Positions 17,020-24,140 of a DNA stretch of 64,000 nucleotides are shown here, in pieces. The first letter of the stretch is position 1. Each line of letters starts with the position of its first letter. The stretch spans positions 23,296 to 87,295 of the forward strand of contig DATHZS010000024.1 in assembly GCA_035458505.1 (NCBI GenBank), in the 5' to 3' direction. Below the pieces are notes generated by a model, which did no database searches, had not been told where the DNA came from, and saw only the letters and a list, made by a program, of their open reading frames with translations. The position numbers were made by a program, and so were the translations under genes. This DNA is from Anaerolineales bacterium (lineage in GTDB: Bacteria > Chloroflexota > Anaerolineae > Anaerolineales > UBA11579).

Positions 17020-18627
17020 ATGAAACGGAGACCATTAGGATGCCTAACAACCGGGGGACTGATTGCATTTGTCGTCACACTGATCGTGGTTGGGACAAGT
17101 TTTGCCATAACTCGCAGTAGACTCTTCAGCCCGGGGCGGTTGAATGCGCAGGCATCTGGCCGGGAAATTGGCGGTGTGAGTTCCCACGCTGATCTTGAAA
17201 TGGATTGTGCTGCCTGCCATCCTGCACCCTGGGATGCTGCCAGGATGGCTGATCTCTGTGCAGACTGCCACCAGGAAGTTTTGGCTGAATTGGCTAACTT
17301 AAATTCACTCCATGGGGCCGTGATGGCTGAGATGGATGAGTTGAATTGCCGTCAGTGCCATACCGAGCATCATGGCGAGACAGCCAGCCTGACCAGATTT
17401 TTGGAGGGAGATTTCCCCCATGAATTGTTGGGGTATTCACTTCAGGCCCACAGCCGGGTAACCTGGGAACGGGAAATTGTTTGTAAAGATTGCCACCAAT
17501 CCGGGTTCACCAGCTTTGAGGTTGCAAATTGCACATCCTGCCATGAACAGTTGAGCCCTGAATTTATGACCGATCACATTTCCTTGTTCGGGAATGCCTG
17601 TCTGGATTGCCATGATGGAATAGAAACCTACGGGACCGATTTTGACCACAATCGTCTGGCCTTCAAGCTGGAATATCTGCACGCTTTCCTTAACTGTGCT
17701 GAGTGCCATGCCGGGGCTACTTCCATACAAATGCTCAAAGACACTCCGCAGGCATGCGAATCTTGTCATCAGAAAGACGATGTACATAGCGACCAGATGG
17801 GGAACCAATGTGGCGTTTGCCATACACCTAAAGGTTGGGAATTTGGCATTTTTGATCATGGAGCAACCGGATTCCTGTTGATCGGCGGACATGATAAGCT
17901 GGAATGTCTCAACTGCCACCAGGATACCACCTACCAAGGAATTGACCCGGCGTGTGTTACCTGCCATGCACAGGACGAACCGCATAATGGCCAGTTCGGT
18001 TTTGAATGCGGGGCCTGCCATACGATTGAAAGGTGGGACCAGATTGTCTTCGATCATTCAGGTACAATTGCAGAGAATTGCAACAGCTGTCACCTGGTAG
18101 ACCAGCCAGCGAACCATTATTCGGGGCAGTGTTCGGCTTGCCACAGCACGAATGCCTGGCTGCCTGCGACATTTGATCATAATGCGGCCGGGGCGACGGA
18201 CTGTATTTCCTGCCATAACGGCAACAAGCCTGCGAACCATTATTCGGGACAGTGTTCGGCCTGTCACAGCACGAGTGCCTGGCTGCCGGCGACCTTTGAT
18301 CACAGCGCGGCAGGGGCAACGGACTGCATTTCCTGCCACAGCGGGAACAAGCCAGCGAACCATTTCAGCGGCCAGTGTTCTACCTGCCATAATACGAATG
18401 CCTGGAAACCAGCGAGTTTTAGTCACTCTTTCCCGTTGAATCACGGCGGGGCCAACCAGCAGTGCCAGCTCTGTCATACCAACAATAACTACAACGCATA
18501 CACCTGCTATGACTGCCATGAGCATAACCAGGCCAAGATGCAGGAAGAGCATAGAGAAGTCAATAATTTCAGTAATAACTGCATTGCGTGCCATCCCGGT
18601 GGCCGAGAGGCCGAAGGGGATGATTAG
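17020..18627 (+). CDS. Membrane-anchored multihaem cytochrome c with 21 CxxCH motifs (paired-CXXCH repeat architecture)
   Basis: 535 aa. N-terminal hydrophobic anchor GGLIAFVVTLIVVGTSFAI. I counted 21 CxxCH motifs and 23 further His residues. The pattern CxxCH-x12-CxxCH..W..FDH recurs. Confidence 0.95.
   Translation: MKRRPLGCLTTGGLIAFVVTLIVVGTSFAITRSRLFSPGRLNAQASGREIGGVSSHADLEMDCAACHPAPWDAARMADLCADCHQEVLAELANLNSLHGAVMAEMDELNCRQCHTEHHGETASLTRFLEGDFPHELLGYSLQAHSRVTWEREIVCKDCHQSGFTSFEVANCTSCHEQLSPEFMTDHISLFGNACLDCHDGIETYGTDFDHNRLAFKLEYLHAFLNCAECHAGATSIQMLKDTPQACESCHQKDDVHSDQMGNQCGVCHTPKGWEFGIFDHGATGFLLIGGHDKLECLNCHQDTTYQGIDPACVTCHAQDEPHNGQFGFECGACHTIERWDQIVFDHSGTIAENCNSCHLVDQPANHYSGQCSACHSTNAWLPATFDHNAAGATDCISCHNGNKPANHYSGQCSACHSTSAWLPATFDHSAAGATDCISCHSGNKPANHFSGQCSTCHNTNAWKPASFSHSFPLNHGGANQQCQLCHTNNNYNAYTCYDCHEHNQAKMQEEHREVNNFSNNCIACHPGGREAEGDD
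18079..18432 (+). repeat. Three tandem ~123-bp (41-codon) repeat units inside the cytochrome gene
   Basis: Units start at 18079, 18202 and 18325. Each encodes C(N/I)SCH..(Q/K)PANH(Y/F)SGQCS(A/T)CH(S/N)T(N/S)AW(L/K)PA(T/S)F(D/S)H... Units 1 and 2 are near-identical at the nucleotide level; unit 3 is more diverged. Confidence 0.85.
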
Positions 18628-18660
18628 GATTAGGATTTGATGATTGGTTGCGAACAAAGT

Positions 18661-18689
18661 AAAGGAGCTGAAGTTTCAGCTCCTTTTTG
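18661..18689. terminator. Bidirectional intrinsic terminator (cytochrome gene / uvrB convergent)
   Basis: Stem aaaggagctgaa (18661-18672) / ttcagctccttt (18675-18686), followed by a T-run and preceded by A's. Confidence 0.7.
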
Positions 18690-18706
18690 GCTATAAGTTG
18701 TGGTGC

Positions 18707-20746
18707 TTAGTTGTGCCCGGCAAGGATTTTGATCTTCTCCCACGGTTTGAGCGACTCGTCTTCCGCCAGGATCGAGCGCAGTTCGTAGATCTGGTCCCGC
18801 AGCATGGCCGCCTGCTCAAACTCAAGGGCTTTGGCAGCCTCTTTCATGCGTGCCTCGAGAGTTTCAATCATGTGTTCAAGTTCTGATTTGGGCATCTGGT
18901 GTGGTTTACCGGTTGTGTAAGCCGCGCCTTCCTCGGCAACGGCTGGCATTGTCACCCGGTCGGTCAGATCGCGGATCGCTTTGACAATGCTGACAGGTTC
19001 GATCCCGTGCTGCTGGTTGTATGCCACCTGTTTTTCGCGGCGGCGGTTAGTTTCCTCAATGGCCGCGTGCATCGCGTCGGTGACCTTATCGGCGTACATG
19101 ATCACTCTCCCACTGACATGTCGGGCGGCACGCCCAATCGTCTGGATCAGGGCGGTTTGGGAACGCAGGAAGCCTTGCTTGTCGGCATCCAGGATCGCCA
19201 CCAGGGAGACTTCCGGCAGATCCAAGCCTTCTCTCAGCAGGTTGATCCCCACGACTACATCGAAGACGCCCATGCGCAGGTCGCGTAAGATTCCGATCCG
19301 TTCCAGGGTATCGACTTCGGAGTGCAGGTAGTGGACTTTGATCCCCATTTCCATCAGGTAATCGGCGAGGTCCTCAGCCATGCGTTTGGTCAGGGTGGTG
19401 ACCAGGGTGCGTTCACCGATCTCAATGCGGGACCGGATCTCTCCAATCAGGTCATCGATCTGTCCTTCAACAGGGCGCACTTCCACCTGTGGATCAACCA
19501 GCCCGGTGGGGCGAATGACCTGATCGACCACCTGACTGGCGTGTTCCAGTTCATAGGGGCCGGGGGTGGCGGTAGTGTAGATCACCTGGCCGATGTATTG
19601 CTCAAACTCATCGAACTTGAGCGGGCGGTTGTCCATCGCGGAGGGCAGCCGGAATCCGTACTCCACCAGGGTAGATTTGCGCGACTGGTCGCCGTTATAC
19701 ATGCCGCGGATCTGGGGGACGGTCATGTGGGATTCGTCGATGAAGAGCAGGAAGTTTGGCGGGAAGTAGTCAATCAAGGTCCAGGGGTGCGTCCCGGCTG
19801 GGCGCTGGTCGAGATGGCGGGAATAGTTCTCCACCCCAGCACACGAACCGGTCTCGCGCAGCATTTCAAGGTCGTAGCGGGTGCGCTGCTCAAGCCGTTG
19901 CGCTTCCAGGTACATTTCGTTCTGTTTGAAGAAAGCCAGTTGCTCCTCCATTTCAGCCTCGATGGAGTTGAGGGCAGCCTGGAGTTTGTCCTCTTCTGTG
20001 ATGAAGTGTTTCGCCGGGAAGATGGAAACTTCGTCCAATTCTTCCTTGATCTCGCCTGTGAGCATGTTCATCACGACGATCCGCTCAACCTCATCACCGA
20101 AAAATGTAATGCGGTAGCCAGTTTTATCCTGGTATGCAGGGACAAGGTCCAGCGTATCACCGCGTACCCTGAAGCTGCCTGGAGCAAGGTCGATATCGTT
20201 CCGTGAGTAATGGATTTCAACCAGCCGCCGGAGTAAAAAGTTGCGCCGGATGGTCTCGCCGATCTTCAGGTTGATGACGACTTTTCCGTAGGCTTCCGGG
20301 TTTCCCAGGCCGTAGATGCAGGAAACTGAGGCAATGATGATCACATCTTTGCGGGACATGAGCGAGGTGGTGGCAGCCAGCCGGAGACGTTCGATCTCTT
20401 CGTTGATGTCGGTCTCTTTTTCAATGTACAGATCGCGGCGGGGGACGTAGGCCTCGGGTTGGTAATAATCATAGTACGAGGTGAAATATTCAACCGCGTT
20501 ATCCGGGAAGAACTCTTTGAACTCAGCATACAGCTGGGCGACGAGAGTCTTATTGTGGGCAATCACCAGGGCCGAGCGCTGGGTTTTCTGGATAATGTTC
20601 GCCATGGTAAAGGTTTTCCCTGTACCGGTTGCCCCGAGCAGCACCTGGTGCCGGTACCCTTGTTCCAAACCATCGACCAGGTGGGTGATTGCTTCTGGCT
20701 GGTCGCCAGTTGGTTTGTAAGGCGCTTGTAGGATAAATTCTTTCAT
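18707..20746 (-). CDS. uvrB: Excinuclease ABC subunit B
   Basis: 679 aa. [10 protein letters not shown] Walker A, helicase motifs, and the C-terminal UVR domain ([11 protein letters not shown]). Confidence 0.97.
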   Translation of the reverse strand: MKEFILQAPYKPTGDQPEAITHLVDGLEQGYRHQVLLGATGTGKTFTMANIIQKTQRSALVIAHNKTLVAQLYAEFKEFFPDNAVEYFTSYYDYYQPEAYVPRRDLYIEKETDINEEIERLRLAATTSLMSRKDVIIIASVSCIYGLGNPEAYGKVVINLKIGETIRRNFLLRRLVEIHYSRNDIDLAPGSFRVRGDTLDLVPAYQDKTGYRITFFGDEVERIVVMNMLTGEIKEELDEVSIFPAKHFITEEDKLQAALNSIEAEMEEQLAFFKQNEMYLEAQRLEQRTRYDLEMLRETGSCAGVENYSRHLDQRPAGTHPWTLIDYFPPNFLLFIDESHMTVPQIRGMYNGDQSRKSTLVEYGFRLPSAMDNRPLKFDEFEQYIGQVIYTTATPGPYELEHASQVVDQVIRPTGLVDPQVEVRPVEGQIDDLIGEIRSRIEIGERTLVTTLTKRMAEDLADYLMEMGIKVHYLHSEVDTLERIGILRDLRMGVFDVVVGINLLREGLDLPEVSLVAILDADKQGFLRSQTALIQTIGRAARHVSGRVIMYADKVTDAMHAAIEETNRRREKQVAYNQQHGIEPVSIVKAIRDLTDRVTMPAVAEEGAAYTTGKPHQMPKSELEHMIETLEARMKEAAKALEFEQAAMLRDQIYELRSILAEDESLKPWEKIKILAGHN

Positions 20747-20819
20747 GGGTAAATCACTTTTTTATTTCGTGGTGGATGAGGGTGAATAAGCGGGTAGCAT
20801 TGCCGAACCAGGTTATTAT

Positions 20820-20833
20820 AGAACAAATGTCAT
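20820..20833. promoter_or_regulatory. Weak SOS-box-like element upstream of uvrB, abutting a TATAAT
   Basis: AGAACAAATGTCAT versus the Gram-positive/Dehalococcoides-type LexA consensus GAAC-N4-GTTC: the left half is perfect and the right half matches 2 of 4. A minus-strand TATAAT (20815-20820) is directly adjacent. The element lies 74-87 nt upstream of the uvrB ATG. Confidence 0.25.
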
Positions 20834-20887
20834 AATTCGGGAAGAGAATCCGGGTAATTAGGTTTGTGGCAGCAAAGGGAGTCGACT

Positions 20888-21949
20888 TTAGCGTACATAA
20901 ATCGGGTTGCTGAAGATCCAGCCTCGCCGCTTACCTTTGTACTCGATATAAGCTTCAATCCGGTATACGCCTGGTTCTTTCACCCTGTGGATGATCGACA
21001 CCCTTTTTCTTGAAGACTGAACCACTTCACCATCCTTGAGCAGTAAACACTCCACTGCCTGCGGGAGTTTGATCTGGAATGTGATCGGCTCGCTGCCATC
21101 AATGGTATCGCCCATGATGTGAGTTTTATTGGCGGTGTGGGCAGAAAAGCGGAATCCTTTTGTTGGTGCAGGGAGGTCGTATCCCACAAATGCGTGACCC
21201 GCAGCAAGGGCCTGGTAGATGGCTTGTTTATCGGGTTCAACACTCCCCTGAAGCGGTTCTGCCAGCAAAAGGTGGGTATTGACTGCCTGAAAATGCTGCT
21301 CGTAGGGAAACAGGTCGCGGTTGATCGGCCCTAAGGACCCCTTCATTTTATGGGCGTCTGAGCCACCCACGGCCACGACCGGCTTTCCCTTCGAGAGTAG
21401 TTTGTCCCACAGCTTCAGGGTATCCGGGAAAGGACCATGTGCCACCTGGTCAAAGTTGAAGGCATATTTTATCGCCGGGCCATAACCAGTGAGCAGTGAT
21501 TTGAATTCGGTCATCGCGTTCCACAATTCGATCCCGGTAAACCCATCGATATCCCAGCTCACCCAGGAAAGGTCCGCCTGCCCGAACCTGGGTGCTTCTG
21601 GATCGACGGGGTGCGCCAAGAAGGATAGCCCACCCGCATCTGATATTTGATTGAGCAGGCTTTGTGGATTCGGTGCATATTGAGACATTTCCCTTTCCGC
21701 GCCAAAAACGAGCAGGTGATTTTTTTGTGGGTCCCGGGTCTGGTCGTGCACTTCTTCACCGACTAAGAGCAGCACCTTCTGATCTTCGTGCTGGTAGTAT
21801 TTTTCAACACCCCGTACCCAGATATTGTGGTCTGTGACGATGATCGCATCCAATCCTGCCTGGATGGCGGCCTGGGCGAGTTCTGCATGCGTGCCAGTAC
21901 CGTCGGAATAAGTGGTGTGCATGTGTAAATTTACGAGGATTTCTTCCAT
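20888..21949 (-). CDS. PHP-domain (CehA/McbA-like) metal-dependent phosphoesterase
   Basis: 353 aa. N-terminal LHMHTTYSDG..IIVTDHN PHP signature, later GGSDAH. Confidence 0.8.
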   Translation of the reverse strand: MEEILVNLHMHTTYSDGTGTHAELAQAAIQAGLDAIIVTDHNIWVRGVEKYYQHEDQKVLLLVGEEVHDQTRDPQKNHLLVFGAEREMSQYAPNPQSLLNQISDAGGLSFLAHPVDPEAPRFGQADLSWVSWDIDGFTGIELWNAMTEFKSLLTGYGPAIKYAFNFDQVAHGPFPDTLKLWDKLLSKGKPVVAVGGSDAHKMKGSLGPINRDLFPYEQHFQAVNTHLLLAEPLQGSVEPDKQAIYQALAAGHAFVGYDLPAPTKGFRFSAHTANKTHIMGDTIDGSEPITFQIKLPQAVECLLLKDGEVVQSSRKRVSIIHRVKEPGVYRIEAYIEYKGKRRGWIFSNPIYVR

Positions 21950-21976
21950 AAGTATTTTATTTGATCTATGTATAGT

Positions 21977-22006
21977 TTGACAAAATAGAGTGGTAAAAGG
22001 TATAAT
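21977..22006 (+). promoter_or_regulatory. Sigma-70-type promoter for secG
   Basis: TTGACA (21977-21982), an 18-nt spacer, then TATAAT (22001-22006). An AAAGGAG RBS precedes the ATG at 22039. Confidence 0.5.
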
Positions 22007-22038
22007 CCGCCTGTTTGATTATGTAAAAGGAGCAACGA

Positions 22039-22263
22039 ATGGAAACCTTTTTAGACATTGCATTGATTATAACGTCAATTGCTTTGATTATCAGTGTAGT
22101 TTTGCAAAGCAAAGGCGGTGGGCTTGGCGGTTTGGTCGGTTCCGATACTGGTGGAGTTTTCTCTGCGCGGCGTGGGATTGAAAAAACCCTCTTTAACGCA
22201 ACCATTGTGCTGAGCGTGATCTTCTTCGTGCTGGCAATCATCACCGTTGGCGTTACTGGATAA
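22039..22263 (+). CDS. secG: Preprotein translocase subunit SecG
   Basis: 74 aa. Two hydrophobic helices flank the Gly-rich loop QSKGGGLGGLVG. Confidence 0.9.
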   Translation: METFLDIALIITSIALIISVVLQSKGGGLGGLVGSDTGGVFSARRGIEKTLFNATIVLSVIFFVLAIITVGVTG

Positions 22264-22286
22264 ACAAAACCAAGCGAGACAAAAAT

Positions 22287-22329
22287 AAAAAAGGGTTGCT
22301 TGCAGAAATGTCTGTGGGCGCCCTTTTTA
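22287..22329 (+). terminator. Possible terminator after secG
   Basis: aaaaaaggg..(irregular interior)..cccttttt. The outer stem is short and the loop large, so support is weak. Confidence 0.35.
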
Positions 22330-22332
22330 CTA

Positions 22333-22361
22333 TTTCAAAACATACACAAGCGCGGTAAGAT
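22333..22361 (+). promoter_or_regulatory. Candidate promoter placed for a leaderless transcript of the binding-protein gene
   Basis: TTTCAA (22333-22338), a 17-nt spacer, then TAAGAT (22356-22361). The -10 ends 6 nt before the ATG at 22368, and no Shine-Dalgarno sequence is visible. Confidence 0.3.
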
Positions 22362-22367
22362 TGAGTT

Positions 22368-24065
22368 ATGAAAAATCTACGATGGCAGATATTGATTGCG
22401 ATCCTTGCCCTTGCGGCCGTAGTTTTGCTGCTGCTGAACCAGACACAGGTAGGGGAGACCCTATCCCAGGTGATTGAACCTGCCACCGCTGGTGGTGTGT
22501 ACGTTGAGGGCTTGGTCGGAAAACCCATTCGATTTAACCCCCTGCTGGACGACTTCAATCAAGTGGATCAGGATGTTGATCGCCTCGTCTTCAGCCGGAT
22601 GATCCGCTTTGATTCGTGGGGAAATCCCCAGCCGGAACTGGCAGAATCCTTCGGGGTTTCGGTGATCGGGGATATCTTTAATATAGAACTGCGCGAAAAT
22701 GCCGTCTGGCATGATGGAGAGGCCGTCACCACCCAGGATGTACTTTTCACGATTGAGTTAATGCGAAACGGTGAAATGCCGGTCTCCGATGATGTTCGGG
22801 CTTTGTGGAATACGGTTGAAGTCATCGCATTTGATGCCCTCAACCTGCAATTCCGGCTGGCAGAACCTTATGCTCCCTTTATGGATTATCTCTCTTTCGG
22901 TATCCTTCCCCGCCATTTGCTTGAAGGGAAATCCCCCCAGGAAATCATCAATGATCCATTTAACTTACTCCCAATCGGATCTGGACCATACAAGGTGGTT
23001 GATCTTCAGTCCGTCGATGGGCAGGTAACCAGTGTGGTACTGGAAGCCTTTGAGGATTATTACATGGGAGCCCCATTGATTGAACAGGTGGTTTTCCAAT
23101 ACTTTGACACAACCGAAGACGCTCTGGATGCGTATCGCCAGGGAGAGATCCTGGGAATAGGCTCGGTTTCCCCGGATGTGCTTGATTCTGTTCTGGCAGA
23201 GAAGAATTTAAATATTCATTCCGTTCGAATCCCTGAGATGACGATGGTGCTGCTGAATTTGGGAGAAAGCGGTCCAACGTATTTCCAGGATGTCGCCGTC
23301 CGAAAAGCATTGATGACAGCCCTTAACCGGAACTGGATGATCGACCAGGTCATGGACGGCCAGGCAATCATGGCCCATACGCCAATCATGCTGGGTTCGT
23401 GGGCCTATTTTCCGGAAGTTGAAAAATATGAATACAACCCGGAAGATGCAGTAAAGCTGTTGAGAGCCAACGGGTATGGGTTGGCCTCTGAAAACAGCCT
23501 GGTACGTGAGAAAGACGGCGAAAGCCTGAGTTTCGATTTGATCTATCCCGATGATGAGAGATATTCGCAGCTCGCGGAGATGATCAGAGAATACTGGTCA
23601 GAAATTGGTGTGCAGGCAAATCTGCTCCCTGTTCAGCCGGATGTGATGGTACGGGAGTATCTGGTGCCGCGTAATTACCAGGCAGCTCTGGTTGATCTGT
23701 CTCTGTATGATTCTCCAGATCCGGATCCTTATCCATTCTGGCATCAGGCGATGATCACCAATGGGCAAAATTATTCACAATGGGATGACCGGCGAGCCAG
23801 TGAGTACCTGGAAAGGGCACGGGTGACCCCAGACCATTTTGAACGGTCACGGCTGTATCGAAATTTCCAGATTCATTTCACGCGTGAACTGCCAGCCCTG
23901 CCGCTATTCTTTGAGGTGTTTAATTACCCGATCGACCAGCAGGTGCGCGGGGTACAGTTGGGGTCTCTCTATAATCCCGCGGATCGCTTTGACAACATTT
24001 ACTTGTGGTCGTTGGAAACTGGTCCTCAGATAGAGGAAGCCCCCGAAGTCAGTGGTGAGGAGTGA
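22368..24065 (+). CDS. ABC transporter substrate-binding protein, family 5 (peptide/nickel type), membrane-anchored
   Basis: 565 aa. N-terminal anchor ILIAILALAAVVLLLL. The overall SBP_bac_5 layout is present (..GSGPYKVV.., ..WSEIGV..). No permease or ATPase gene is adjacent. Confidence 0.88.
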   Translation: MKNLRWQILIAILALAAVVLLLLNQTQVGETLSQVIEPATAGGVYVEGLVGKPIRFNPLLDDFNQVDQDVDRLVFSRMIRFDSWGNPQPELAESFGVSVIGDIFNIELRENAVWHDGEAVTTQDVLFTIELMRNGEMPVSDDVRALWNTVEVIAFDALNLQFRLAEPYAPFMDYLSFGILPRHLLEGKSPQEIINDPFNLLPIGSGPYKVVDLQSVDGQVTSVVLEAFEDYYMGAPLIEQVVFQYFDTTEDALDAYRQGEILGIGSVSPDVLDSVLAEKNLNIHSVRIPEMTMVLLNLGESGPTYFQDVAVRKALMTALNRNWMIDQVMDGQAIMAHTPIMLGSWAYFPEVEKYEYNPEDAVKLLRANGYGLASENSLVREKDGESLSFDLIYPDDERYSQLAEMIREYWSEIGVQANLLPVQPDVMVREYLVPRNYQAALVDLSLYDSPDPDPYPFWHQAMITNGQNYSQWDDRRASEYLERARVTPDHFERSRLYRNFQIHFTRELPALPLFFEVFNYPIDQQVRGVQLGSLYNPADRFDNIYLWSLETGPQIEEAPEVSGEE

Positions 24066-24083
24066 CTTGATTAAGAATGAACA

Positions 24084-24113
24084 AAGCCTGGAGCACTCTC
24101 CAGGCTTTTTTTA
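24084..24113 (+). terminator. Intrinsic terminator after the binding-protein gene
   Basis: Perfect 11-bp stem aaagcctggag / ctccaggcttt with loop cact, followed by a T-run. Confidence 0.75.
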
Positions 24114-24140
24114 TGCAGTATAGGGGGGCTATTCAGGCGG

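Noticed and set aside
17437-18657. Two antisense ORFs (206 and 199 aa) opposite the multihaem cytochrome gene, plus a 294-aa ORF (19322-20206) opposite uvrB and a 197-aa ORF (12696-13289) opposite the kinase and regulator genes
   Set aside because: All are shadow ORFs opposite genes with unambiguous motifs, and none has its own RBS or family signature.
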